A program made the position numbers and the translations under genes. Under the pieces are notes generated by a model. That model was not told the origin of the DNA and ran no database searches. It worked only from the letters and a program-made list of their open reading frames with translations. From an uncultured Planctomycetota bacterium (GTDB taxonomy: Bacteria > Planctomycetota > Planctomycetia > Isosphaerales > Isosphaeraceae): DNA of 64,000 nt. Location of the stretch: NCBI GenBank assembly GCA_963823665.1, contig CAWGMQ010000008.1, positions 1,504,001 to 1,568,000 on the forward strand, read 5' to 3'. This document shows positions 23,371-34,205 of the stretch, piece by piece (positions within the stretch are counted from its first letter, which is position 1; each line of letters begins with the position of its first letter).

Positions 23371-24468
23371 TTACTGGTCGTTTGAAAGTTCACCGGATTG
23401 ACGGATCATGCCCGTTCCATCGTCCAGACGAAAGTACGATTGATGAGGAGATCGCGCCGCCGGGCCGGGCCCGGTTCTCCCCGCATCCGGCCGCAAGTGA
23501 GTCGGGCGCGGCTCGCCGTGGGCCAGTAACATGGTCGGTGCCGAGAGAGGCGCCGCCACGGCGATCGCGTCGATCGTTTCGGCCCCCAATCGGTCCAGGC
23601 CGCTCGCCAGTTTCTCGATCCGAATCGAAAGGGCGTCATACGCGATCAGCGATAAGGTGGCGAGTACGACGCCCGCGGTGAGCGGCGTGAAAACAGGCGC
23701 AACTGCCGGACCCCACGCCAGCGATTGCGCGTGCAGTGAACCCAGTGCACGCTCGATCGCAAACAACGTCCCCAAAAGGCCCAGCAGCGGAGCCAGTACG
23801 GCGATCCGGCGCAAGGTTCCCACGTTGCGCCGCAGGCGATCGGTCTCGACCCGATGTGCCAGCGCGACGGCGCGCTCCAGGTCGCCCGCCGGCCGCCCCC
23901 AGCGCCGCACCGCCGCGAGCGCGACGTTCGCCGCCGGGCTCGGGTTCAGCTCGCAAAGGTCAAGCGCCTGACCGCAGTCAAGCTTCCCGCCGTGAAGCCG
24001 GTCCAGGAATCTCGCGATGAACGCCCGAGGCATGATCGCTCGCCGGCGAAGCCTGAGCATCCGCTCCAGGATGACAAGGATGCCGAGCCCGCCGCAGGCA
24101 ATCATGCCGCCCCAGCTCACCCGCTCCGCCGGCGGCGTCCGCCAGTACCAGACCATCAGCCGCCGGGCAATCCCTTCCAATCGATCGGTCAGAGCGCGCG
24201 GCTCGGAAACGCCGCCAGTTTCCGACTGGCCTGCGAGATGGCCAGAGTGATCGCTCACTCGGTGCGCGCCAGTCGAGATAGGGCTTTCGCTCTCTGGTCC
24301 CTGCGCGGTCGCCGGAGGGCCAAGCGCAACCACCAACACGATCGTGCTTGCGATGGTGCGACTCACCACGGTGCGCGCCGTTTTGCCGCAGCGCATGGCT
24401 CTGATCCTTCCCGCAGATTCGGAAATCTCGACCAGATCCGCCGAGATTTCCGGATTGTTTCTGTTCAC
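23371..24468 (-). CDS. MotA/TolQ/ExbB proton channel family protein (start uncertain)
   Basis: IAVLAPLLGLLGT and LTAGVVLA TM motifs; ILERML.LRR..I.P. Confidence 0.82.
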   Translation of the reverse strand: MNRNNPEISADLVEISESAGRIRAMRCGKTARTVVSRTIASTIVLVVALGPPATAQGPESESPISTGAHRVSDHSGHLAGQSETGGVSEPRALTDRLEGIARRLMVWYWRTPPAERVSWGGMIACGGLGILVILERMLRLRRRAIMPRAFIARFLDRLHGGKLDCGQALDLCELNPSPAANVALAAVRRWGRPAGDLERAVALAHRVETDRLRRNVGTLRRIAVLAPLLGLLGTLFAIERALGSLHAQSLAWGPAVAPVFTPLTAGVVLATLSLIAYDALSIRIEKLASGLDRLGAETIDAIAVAAPLSAPTMLLAHGEPRPTHLRPDAGRTGPGPAARSPHQSYFRLDDGTGMIRQSGELSNDQ

Positions 24469-24526
24469 CCGATTGGTCTGGCTGACCGGCGCCTCCGAAT
24501 GCGGTTTCTGGCCACCGACCGAGCGC

Positions 24527-27500
24527 CTACTTTTTTGTCGCCGAAGGATTTAAGGAGGCACGACTGCTGGCAGTTGCCTGCCGTCGGACCGCTTCGGCGG
24601 CCGGCGCCTCGTCGGGAAACCGCGCCACGAGCCTTCCATAGGTTTCGGCGGCATCGGCCCATTGATCGAGTCGCTCATAAACTTTTCCCGCTTCCAGCAG
24701 AGCGGCAGCCTGCCAGCGGGGGGCCTTGAACAGGATATCCACCTTGAGAAAGTCCCGGAGAGCCTCGTGCAGCTTCTCCTGATGGAAATAGGCTTCCCCA
24801 TGCATCAAGAGCGCGTGGGCGCCCAGGTCTCCCTTACCGGCGGCATCGATCACACGCTCAAACGCGGCCCGAGCCTCATCGAATCGTGCCAGCCCGATGA
24901 GCGCTTGCCCAAAGGCGAAATCCAGCTCGACGGGCACCGCGTCCTTCGGTGCCAGGGTTTTCTTCATTGCTAGGGCGCCGTCCAGTGCGTCCTTCCATCG
25001 TTTCAGGGCGATCCACGACTCGATCTGCTTCAACCGAACAGTCGAGTTCCAGCCCTCCTGGTCCGTCGCCACCGGTTTTTCGGTCAGAAGCGCCGAGAAG
25101 CCGGCAAGGGCCGCGGCCGCGTCGCCGCGCTGGAGGGCGCACTCCGCGCGAAGATAGCGCGCTTCCCGGCGGTACGCGCTCTCCGGGAACTCGGTCAGCA
25201 GGCGGTCGAGCGTGACAGCCGCGGGCTCCCAATCCTTGATTTCGACCTGGGTTCGCCCCAATCGATAGAGTACGGCAGGAAGCAAGCGCCGCAAGGAATC
25301 CGGCGAATCACCGGGACCGACCTTCGTTTCCGTCGAGTTTCCTGCCTTCGCGACCGCGTTCTTGCCGTCTCCTGGCTTCTGCGTGGCAAGTGGGGCCAGG
25401 AGCCGGATCACCTCGGCATGGTTGTGCGCGAGGTTGGCTGATTCAGCCAGGTTGAATCGGGCATCCACTGCATAGGGACTATCCGCATGCTCTTTGAGCA
25501 AGCGCGCGAAGACGCGATCGGCTTCGGCCGGCTTTTCCGCATCGATCAAGCTCCATCCCCATTCGGCGAGCAAACTTTCGGGCTTCGCCCCGGCCTCTGC
25601 CAGGTGTTCTCGAGCGTGTTCGTCTCCGATCAGCCGCTCGTATTCTCTTGTTGCCTCGTTATGCCGCCCGGCTTTGCTCAGCAGGCGCGCGCGCCAGACG
25701 GGCCAGCGCGGCTGTGCTCGAGCTCGCATAACGATCCGGAATGCGAGCGTAGGCCTTGAGCGCGGCGTCCGTCTGGTGGCCGTCCTCGAGCACCCGTCCC
25801 TGGGCGAGCGCCACTTCCGGCGCCGTCGGGTCCTCAGGTGCCAGCTCAAGCGCTTCACCGAAGGCGGATGCCGCTTCAGCCGATCTGCCAAGCTCGGCCA
25901 GAGCGCGTCCCAATCCGCGGTAGGCTCGTGCCTGGAGTCCCCGCGCGGTCGCGTCGACCGATTTGAGGGCCGACGACGGATCACCGCCCGGCGCCCGTTT
26001 CGGATTGCCCGCCACGAGCTTGAACTGCTCCACGGCTCGCTCTGCCTGGTGGGCCCTCAGGGCTGCCTCGGCGGCCCGCAGCCGTGTCGGCGGCAGGCTC
26101 TTACTTTGGGGAAAGTCTTGCGCCAGACGAACCAACATCTGCCAGGCGCCGTCGGACTGACCGAGGGCGAGCCGGGCCGTGACCAGGTGTGCCATCGCAA
26201 ATTCGGCGACATCGCCCCGGGGATTGGCGGCGAGATATCCTTCGAGCGGCGCGACGGCTTCCGCGTACCGTCCAGCGTCCAGATGCGACTGGCCAATCAG
26301 GAACTGGGCCGCCGCCGTGATCGGCCCGGCCTGCGATTTCGCCAGGGTGGCAAGGATGGCGTCGGCTTCGGCGCCACGACCCATAGCCCGGTACGCGAGC
26401 GCGAGGTCATATCTGGCGGCTGCGGCCAGCGCCGGCGCCAGGGCAGGGGCCGCTGCCTTCTTCGCGCCGTCGTTTGAGCGGCCCGGCTCGGGCACGCCGC
26501 TGCCTTCCGCGCGGTCCGCCCCGGGGCCGACGAGCGACTCAAGCATGGCGACGGCATCCTTGGGCTGCCCCGATAGCGACGCGGCCCGCGCTTCGAACCA
26601 ATCGCATCTCGCTGCGAAGCGGGCTCTGCTTGAACTTCGCCGCAAACGCCTCTGCGAGCCGCCGAGCTGTTGCAGCGTCACCACGCTCGAGCGCCGACTG
26701 TGCCCCACCAAGCATGGCATCGTCGGCCCAGGCATCGTCTGGAAAGCCTTCCGCCACTTTGAGGAACCGCGCTTCGGCTTCCGCCGGGCGATTCAGCTTC
26801 CGCAGCGCCTCGGCCAGTCGGTACTCGAGCGCCGCCGTGTCGAGGCTCTTCGGATATCGCTTCAGTGCATTCTCCAGAGTGCCGGCTGCCTCCTGGGATT
26901 GCGCGCCCGCGAGCTGGATCGTCGCCAGCTCGAGCGCGGCGCGGGGGCCGATCGATTCGGGCCCATTTTCAGCCAGCCCTCGCAGCAGCTCGAGAGCTTC
27001 GCCCGCCTTGCCCAGCCCGGCAAGGGCCACCGCGCGGTGAATCCGGGCCTCCGGAATGAGCGGACTCTTGGGCGCGACCCGCTCGAGCGTGCTCATCGCC
27101 TCGACCGCCTCGGCGAGGCGACCCGCTGTTTCCCGCATCAAGCCGATCTGAAGCCAGCAGCGGTCAACCCATTCGGGCGACCCTTTCTTCACAAGCTCGT
27201 CGAGCAGGCCCAGTGCCCGGTCACGGTCACCGGAAGCGGCCAGCGTCGCGTGCCAGGCCGTAACGCGCACGATCGCTCGTTCGCCCCTTGGGATACGCGG
27301 CGAGCGACCGCTCGTAGGCCACTTTCGCTCTCGGCAAATCTTCAAGTGCGAAACAGGCGTCGCCCAGATACGTCCAGGCCAGCTCGAGTGACGGGTGACT
27401 CGTCTTCGCACTCGTGAACGCCTCGAGCGCCGTTCGCGCTGCGGGCAAATCGCCGAGGAGATACGAGAGCTCTCCCTGGCGAAACCGGGCTGACAGCGCC

Positions 27501-27904
27501 CGGGGATCATCGGGCGCCCCCTTCAAGAAGTCGTCGAACGCCCCGCGGGCCTCGCGATAACGGCCCATCGAAAGCCAGGCGCTGGCCAGCCCAAACCGGG
27601 CGTCATCCCGCTCCGCCCCGGTCGCGCCCGCCTTCAGTAATCGCTCGTACTCCTGGGCGGCGAGGTCAAACTTCTTTTGTCGAAGCAGCCCGTTCGCAAA
27701 CCGCAAGCTGTCGGAAGTCTGCGACTTGACGGTCGATTCGACCTGCGCGCGTTTCGGAGCGGAATCCTGGCCGAGCGAAGCGGACGCACAGATGAGAGCG
27801 CCGGAAAGAGCGACCCATCCCGCGCACAGATTGGCAAAACGAATCGTCAGGCTAAAGCCTGACCTACGAGCAATCCATCGGCCGGTCCTCAAAATCCTCA
27901 CCAC
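24527..27904 (-). CDS. Large exported tetratricopeptide-repeat protein (frameshifts near 27250, 26600 and 25700)
   Basis: ORFs 27227, 26539, 25659 and 24527 all carry TPR helices (..YP.S.. turns); signal-like N-terminus; GGAGGT before the GTG at 27904. Confidence 0.8.
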
Positions 27905-28184
27905 CGTTGCAACACCTCCTACCGGGATTTTGGTCATTATCGCAACATATTTCGACCCCGGCTGAAACGCCATCCCGACTGAAACTCTTTTTCAAAAAAT
28001 GGGTAAGAGGGGCTGGCTTTTACAAATTGGGGGGTTTATTCTACTAAGAATTCGCAGATTTCCCCAAACTCGCAGTCAGTGTCTTGTATATTAGCAGGGG
28101 AGAGGTCCAAGTTGGCGAAGTTGGCGCGAACTTGGATTCAAGGTCTAGTCGTTCCGTTCACGGTTTCCAGTGGAGAAAGCATCG

Positions 28185-28952
28185 ATGATGTTCAACCGGT
28201 TTGTAGGTACTTCCGCAGCGACGTTGCTGAGCCTTGGCATCGTCGTGCCGGCGTTTGCACAATCGCCGCAAAAGACATTGCCCGCCGCCCAGGGTCCAGT
28301 GACTTCGAGTCAAGCCCCCGCGGCGCCTGGGAAGGTCGTTCCCGCTGGTCAGGCTCCTGCCGCTCCTGGAAAGGCCATGCCTGCTGGTCAGGCTCCCGCC
28401 GCTCCTGGAAAAGCCATGCCTGCTGCTCAGACTCCGGCCGCTCCTGGAAAGGCCATGCCTGCTGCTCAGGCTCCCGCCGCTCCTGGAAAAGCCATGCCTG
28501 CTGGTCAGGCTCCGGCCGCTCCTGGTAAGGCAATGCCTGCCGGTCAGGCTCCCGCCGCTCCTGGTAAGGCAATGCCTGCCGGTCAGGCTCCGGCCGCTCC
28601 TGGTAAGGCAATGCCCGCGGGTCAGGCTCCGGCCGCTCCTGGTAAGGCCATGCCTGCTGGTCAGGCTCCGGCCGCTCCTGGTAAGGTGATGCCTGCAGGT
28701 CAGGCTCCTGCCGCTCCTGGAAAGGCGCTGCCCGCTGGTCAGACTCCTGCCGCTCCTGGCAAGGGAACCCCTGTCGTCTCGGGGCAGGCCCCGGCGACTC
28801 CGTCCAAGACGATCCCGACCGCAGCACCGCAGGCACCGGCCAAGTCGGTTACGCCGACATATCAGTCAACGCCGGCGCCGGCACCCCCAGCCCCCGCGGC
28901 TGGGGAAGCACCGCCTGCTCCTCCTCCGATTTCGACCATCAAGAAGTCATGA
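28185..28952 (+). CDS. Secreted Pro/Ala-rich tandem-repeat protein
   Basis: Signal peptide ending AFA-Q, then 12 copies of QAPAAPGKAMPAG; terminator downstream. Confidence 0.8.
   Translation: MMFNRFVGTSAATLLSLGIVVPAFAQSPQKTLPAAQGPVTSSQAPAAPGKVVPAGQAPAAPGKAMPAGQAPAAPGKAMPAAQTPAAPGKAMPAAQAPAAPGKAMPAGQAPAAPGKAMPAGQAPAAPGKAMPAGQAPAAPGKAMPAGQAPAAPGKAMPAGQAPAAPGKVMPAGQAPAAPGKALPAGQTPAAPGKGTPVVSGQAPATPSKTIPTAAPQAPAKSVTPTYQSTPAPAPPAPAAGEAPPAPPPISTIKKS
28311..28778 (+). repeat. 39-bp coding tandem repeat, 12 copies
   Basis: Units differ mostly at third codon positions and abut with no spacers. Confidence 0.95.
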
Positions 28953-28989
28953 TTCGGCTCCGGTCCGGATTCATCCCAAAGACCAGCTA

Positions 28990-29020
28990 CCCCGGTCCGC
29001 CCCGACCGGGGTTTTCTTTT
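28990..29020 (+). terminator. Rho-independent terminator
   Basis: CCCCGGTC-CGCCCC-GACCGGGG stem-loop followed by TTTTCTTTT. Confidence 0.85.
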
Positions 29021-29101
29021 GCGCCAGGCTGTTCGCCAAAGACGGAAACACTCCAAGTTGGAAGCCAGCAGGATGAAAACGGATCTAACTGCTTCGCTTT
29101 A

Positions 29102-30000
29102 TCATCGTCTACTTAACGTCGCCTTGTCGCTTTCGCAGTACGCGCCGTTTTCCCGGAATGTTGCCGGACTCCGTACAATCCCACACCTGGAGATCGCCGC
29201 GAGATCGTGCGCCATGAACATTTTGTCCAACCAATCCTCGTTGGGATATGGTCGGTAATATCTCAACCATCGCCACTCGTCGATCTTGACGTCCGGTTCT
29301 CGCTCGTTGAACTCCTGGATCGCCAACGACTCGCCAGCATACCGGTGAACACAAGGGATATGGATATCGTCAAAATACATCGGCACGTGATTCAGCATTC
29401 GCTTGTCAGGTGGCGCCAGGATTTTCAATGCCGCCGTGGTGGAGGAGTAGAGGTCGACGTCGACTGCGACGAAACCAAGCGGCGGTGGATCGTACTCCGC
29501 GAAGAACTTCGGCACTGTAGATCGAATGTCGCCGATCACCAGTTTGGTACGAGGGCTCAATTTGGCCTCAAGTGCTCCGACATCCATCGGAAAATCGCCC
29601 GCACGCCAGATATCGGGGCAATCGCGGTAATCGCCGATCAACTCCGGCAGACCGCTGGGTCCCGCGTCGAAGCCGTAGACGTCGATCCGGACGCCGCTTG
29701 TTTCTTCGACGGCGGCCGCAATGCGCTCGAGCGCCAGCAAACCGGCGCCAGTCGCAACACCAAACTCGATCACCGAGATCTTATCGATACTCTCACTTTT
29801 CGCCTGCTCGGCGGCGTATAGCACACCATTCAGGTAGTGAGGTCGCTCCGACTTCTCCCAAATTGCCTGGGTCTGAAGCGAGATTGGCAGCCATTTCATG
29901 GCACACCTGACGAAGAACCGGAATGGCGGTTCGTTCGCCAGCAAGGATAGCTGGTGGAGAACTCGGCTCAACGCGTTAGTCGTGTTAGACGGTTTCTCAC
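29102..30000 (-). CDS. TylF/MycF-like SAM-dependent methyltransferase-fold protein (start uncertain; ORF extends to 30217)
   Basis: VIEFGVATGAG, VYGFD..GLP, FVAVDVDLYSST and YFDD motifs. Confidence 0.65.
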
Positions 30001-30340
30001 ATGCGTGAGCAGGAGACCGTAATGACTTTGAGAGTTTTCGCCGCCCACGCGGAATTGCGACAGTTCCATTGTGGATGAGCAAGTGGTGGCGAAGCTTGAA
30101 TTGTAACCAATCTGACGTCTTCCTGCGAGGTGATTCTGACCAATGTTGGTGCTCGCCGCCCCTGATCATTCCGTTCCGGCTGAGCAACATCCGCCGGACT
30201 CCAGTCGCCAGCGTCATTCTAGTTTCGCCGAACGGGAGGGGCCTCGCAAGCGGCTGGTGGCAGAGATCTTCTTGATCGCGAGATTGGGCGCGAATCTTAC
30301 GTCGCCGACGGAGGCGGCGTGAGCCCGCTTGCGGCCCGCG

Positions 30341-30544
30341 TCACCGGGAAGTCCAGACCAAGTAGATGACGCCGGCGACCGGGATGACCAGAAGCCCAGC
30401 CAGGATGCAGAGGGTCCCAACGACTTTGGCTGAGGTGCCCGTGACAATCCGCGTCTGACCCAAGCCAAGCCCGCTCGCCGTGAACCCGGTCATCCCAATA
30501 ATAATCAGACCCGCGGAGACGAAAGTTAGAGCGGCCCCAACCAT
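30341..30544 (-). CDS. Small two-TM membrane protein
   Basis: 67 aa with two hydrophobic segments; AAAGGT upstream of the ATG. Confidence 0.5.
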   Translation of the reverse strand: MVGAALTFVSAGLIIIGMTGFTASGLGLGQTRIVTGTSAKVVGTLCILAGLLVIPVAGVIYLVWTSR

Positions 30545-30955
30545 GTCGCACCTTTCAAATCCGCCCCCCGAAGGGCGCCCTGTAGTCCCCGCCGACGCTC
30601 ATGACCTGGCGAAATGCGCGAGCACGGCAACCAGGCCCAGCACTCTACGATCCGCGTCGCTCCGCGGGCCGGACGGATTCTAGCTTCGCTGAGCGCAACG
30701 GCCATCGCAAGCCGCTGGCTGGCTCGCCACGCTGCGAACGGGGTAATGGAGGGGCCGGAACGCGGGAGGGCGGCGCTCGAGCGTCAGGGTCAGAGCCGAC
30801 GGCGATGGCTTGTTCGCACATCCGCCACGCTTCACCGCGGGCCACTCAGAGAACCTGAATCAGCTCAGCAGTGCGCTACCCGACTTTGAACCAGATGGAA
30901 AATCACGGAATCCGCCAACCTGACTGATGAGGCGCGCCAAGGCCAGCACGGCGAC

Positions 30956-31246
30956 TTGGCGATGGCGACATGCCCGTCGATTTGGCTCAGTTCCCAGCGG
31001 TTCTGCCAAATGCGCACACGCGCCGACCGGCCTGAGGACAACCCGTGGCTCCAGCGACGCGAGACGACTGCGCTCCATCCGGCGCAGGCGGCGGAGCTCG
31101 AGGCACTCAAGATGGAGCACGAGCTTGAACGTCGGATGACCAGGGACCTGGAGACTCAGGCTGATCCGTGGAATCCGCGGTGGCGGGGTGACGATGACGA
31201 TTGGTCGAGCGTAGAACCAGAATTCGCTCGAAAGGAATACCAATGA
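30956..31246 (+). CDS. Hypothetical protein (start uncertain)
   Basis: Charged helical C-terminal half; its stop overlaps the next ATG (ATGA). Confidence 0.35.
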   Translation: MAMATCPSIWLSSQRFCQMRTRADRPEDNPWLQRRETTALHPAQAAELEALKMEHELERRMTRDLETQADPWNPRWRGDDDDWSSVEPEFARKEYQ

Positions 31247-31487
31247 ATTGCCCAAGATGTGGAAACCCTGCTGCCCGGTCAACGAAGATGTCCGGGCACA
31301 AGTGGTTTACAGATGCAAGGATTGCGATAGGTGGACAATCTCCGACTGCGATGTATGGATAACGCGCGGCCCGGGGATGGTTGATCAACTCCGGCAACTG
31401 GCGGTGAACCGGGATGACCAAGATCGACGGTGGAAACACATGATGGAATCCGATATTTCGGACACTATCTGGACACAGCTCTCCTGA
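31243..31487 (+). CDS. Small zinc-ribbon-like protein (frameshift near 31268)
   Basis: ATG at 31243 gives MNCPRCGNP; the adjacent frame continues ...YRCKDCDRW, making two CxxC pairs. Confidence 0.45.
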
Positions 31488-31575
31488 GGGCGAGCAGATT
31501 GGGCCCGACTTCCGGCCGGAGTGCGCGGGCTTGGACCGCCTGTTCGACGGACCTTAATGGCGCGCGTGAGCGGTT

Positions 31576-32436
31576 TCAAGCCGGGGGACTCTCAGCCGCG
31601 GTATCGGGGCGGTCGCGGTCGACCTTAGCCGTCCGCTTGGGGGCCGCCTCAGAAATCTCGCTGAACGTAGCGAGGCAGCGATCGGTGATGTAGAGCAAGG
31701 TGAGGTTGCCGCCGGCGGGGGCGTCGGGGCTGGCGTAGCCGCCTTTCCCCTCCAACATCTTGAGGGCCGCCTCATATAACCTTCTGCCCTTAGGGGCGCG
31801 GCCAGTCCGTAGGTCGGCGCGAGCGGGGTCACGGGGGAAGACGATCAGTTCGGGGCTGGCGTAGCCGCCTTTCCCCTCCAACATCTTGAGGGCCGCCTCA
31901 CGTATGTTGCTGCCCCATGCGGCGCTGGGAGCGGACACTAAGTCCCGGAGGATGTCGTCGCCGCCGGCGGGAAGTTTGGGACCGCCTTTCGCCGCCATTT
32001 GCTTGAGCATCGCGTTCTGTATTTCGTCCGCGAAGAGCGCATGTAACTTCGAGGCCTCAGCGGCGCTGGGAGCGTAGATGTAACCTGAGGCAGGGTCGTT
32101 GTCGCCGGCGGGGCTGTCGGGGCTGACTTTCCCCCTTAACAACCACTTGACGGCCAAATTAACTAGCTTCCTGATCACACCGGCGCGGCCGGCCGTGGCG
32201 GCCCCGGAGGGGTCCCGCTCTTCGTCCGCGCTCGTGGTCGCGGCCACAAGTTCCTTGATCTGCGCGATTAGGGCTGGCCGCGCGCTTTCGCGCACGCTCA
32301 ACAGGTCTAGGTAGAGGAATCGGCCTCCCCCTTCGGCCGTGCGAATGTGACCGACACGCGGTCCGGCCGACACCGGCATCCCGCCCTCTGCTTCCGCGGC
32401 GAGTCGAAATCGTTCTTCGCGGGTGAGTTGCGTCAT
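31576..32436 (-). CDS. Hypothetical protein translationally coupled to the GNAT gene, with internal repeats
   Basis: Its ATG overlaps the GNAT stop (32433-32436); EAALKMLEGKGGYASP occurs twice. Confidence 0.55.
   Translation of the reverse strand: MTQLTREERFRLAAEAEGGMPVSAGPRVGHIRTAEGGGRFLYLDLLSVRESARPALIAQIKELVAATTSADEERDPSGAATAGRAGVIRKLVNLAVKWLLRGKVSPDSPAGDNDPASGYIYAPSAAEASKLHALFADEIQNAMLKQMAAKGGPKLPAGGDDILRDLVSAPSAAWGSNIREAALKMLEGKGGYASPELIVFPRDPARADLRTGRAPKGRRLYEAALKMLEGKGGYASPDAPAGGNLTLLYITDRCLATFSEISEAAPKRTAKVDRDRPDTAAESPPA
31724..31900. repeat. 51-bp exact direct repeat (31724-31774 and 31850-31900)
   Basis: Read directly from the sequence; copies are 126 bp apart and in frame. Confidence 0.9.
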
Positions 32437-33084
32437 TGGGAAGCTCCGATTCTCACCAGAAACTCGGCCGCCTGTTGGCTCGAGAACTCAAAATAGGTTA
32501 AGTGCTCGCATCCGGCGTCCGGTCCGAAATCCGTCATTCGGCACTTGTCTCGATAGAATGGCTCGGCCTGTCTTAGCGAGTGTAGCCCGATCCTTCCTTC
32601 GAGTCCCAAGTCGTGGCCGAGTGCAATAGCTTCCCCTATTAGTATTGTACCAACGCCAAGGTACCGAGGCTCGTTTCCGCCGATCCTGAGATTCCAGGGA
32701 GCTGATTCCAAATAGTCGACATAAACTATATGCTGCCTCGAGAATTCGGAATACTGTGGAGACCTGAGTACGGACATGAGCCCTTGCACGTCGTTCTGAC
32801 ACTGAATCACGATCAGCGTATTCCGGCCCGTTTCTATTACTATCAAGTTTATTCCCCCAATCCCAATCAGCGTGTTCGGGCGGTCCGCCTCCCATTTCCA
32901 ACGAGCGGGACACCAGCGAACTTCGCGCAAGGTTCCATTTTGATTGAATTTCGTGAAACTCAGCCGGAGAAAAATGGGCGCCGCGTGTGACGGTAGCTTG
33001 GACGATTGCGGGGCGGCCCGGCGGCAGGTTGCTTAGTATTGCATGGTCGTGGCAGATCGGTTCGCGATGTATTGGGGTGCTCAT
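32433..33084 (-). CDS. GNAT family N-acetyltransferase (frameshift near 32828)
   Basis: PEHADWDWGNK, then VQGLM, VYVDYLESAPWN, RYLGVGTIL (acetyl-CoA motif A) and GLHSL.QAE.FY. Confidence 0.75.
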
Positions 33085-33360
33085 CGTGCCGTCCCTAGGG
33101 CCGCAATCTTGGCCGAGATGCGAGCCGGCGCGAGGCCATAGCGTCGCAAGCGATTAACTAGGTCATCACGAAAGCGTCTACGACGACATGTGGGAGAAAT
33201 CGATAAGCCGCCTACGTGTGATCGCCAAGCGCCGGCGCGAAGGTGTTCCTACTATCGATGGTCGGATTGAGCCCCCGACGTGCCCCAATGATAATCGACC
33301 ATTCAACGGAAAACACTCACCCAGAAACCTCAGGATGATCATGCCACGCCGCACTCCCCT

Positions 33361-33404
33361 CCGTTCATGACTCGTCGCCGCCGTTCATGACTCGTCGCCG
33401 CCGT
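33361..33404. repeat. 20-bp tandem duplication (CCGTTCATGACTCGTCGCCG, two copies plus a partial)
   Basis: Read directly from the sequence. Confidence 0.9.
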
Positions 33405-33495
33405 CGCTCTCCTCGTCACCGTTCAAACTTGGACGCCCGCTTGGCGATGGGGCCGGCTTGGCCATCGCGTCATCCCGCGGCTCGCCAAGAAGCAC

Positions 33496-33761
33496 ATGAC
33501 CGAAAAGGCCCGCGATGCGTTGGCGGAATTGCTCGATCAGCGCGAGACGATCGCGAGATCAAAGGCGACAAGGAGGAGCAGGCCCGAATCCGACAAGAAG
33601 CCTCCAGCCAACAGATGGGACTACTTTTTCTCTCCCAGATTATCCAGAACCCAGAAAACCTCGAGAAGCTCATGCCTGGGATCGAGAAAATGGCCGAGTT
33701 TGGCGCGGCGCAACGACGAAGTGACGAGCAAGCGGCGAAGCGCGGCCGCAAGAAAAGCTGA
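33496..33761 (+). CDS. Small helical hypothetical protein (probable frameshift near 33550)
   Basis: MTEKARDALAELLDQRE joins EIKGDKEEQARIRQE...KRGRKKS in the adjacent frame. Confidence 0.4.
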
Positions 33762-34205
33762 CAGCGGTAGAATCCTTCTTAGCCATCCACGCTAACGCCC
33801 TGGGTTTGTGGACCCGCAGCGCATGAAAACGCCGCTGATCGAGCTCGTCGAGACAGGTGGCTACTCACTGATGGCCACGGATCCGGTTCGAGCGCGACCG
33901 ACCCATTCCCCGTTTGATCCCGACACCCCAGCAGCGCGAAATTTAACGACTGGCAGTGGATTGGCTCAAATGTTGATTACGGATGCATGCGAGCGATGCT
34001 GCTTAACGCGGCTTTTTCCGCGCGACCGACCTGCCCAGCCTGTGGAAAACGAGCGACCGACTCCCCGGTCCCGTGCAAAAAAAGCGACCGATCAATCTGA
34101 CCGCCTCGGAAGTGAGACGGATCAAGACGATCGGTCGCGAGTACTCCGCGGCGCTGCCGACCATACTTCAGGTCGCAGCCACCACGATGTGTCGTAACGC
34201 CAACC

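Noticed and set aside
23181..23393. exbD candidate
   Set aside because: No TM helix or conserved Asp motif.
28019..28051. Sigma-70 promoter for the repeat protein
   Set aside because: A TTTACA -35-like hexamer is present but there is no good -10 at 16-18 bp spacing.
28311..28778. Possible CRISPR array
   Set aside because: Units abut with no unique spacers, vary at synonymous positions, and no cas genes are present.
30600..33800. Prophage or IS element
   Set aside because: No integrase, transposase, structural genes or terminal repeats were recognised.
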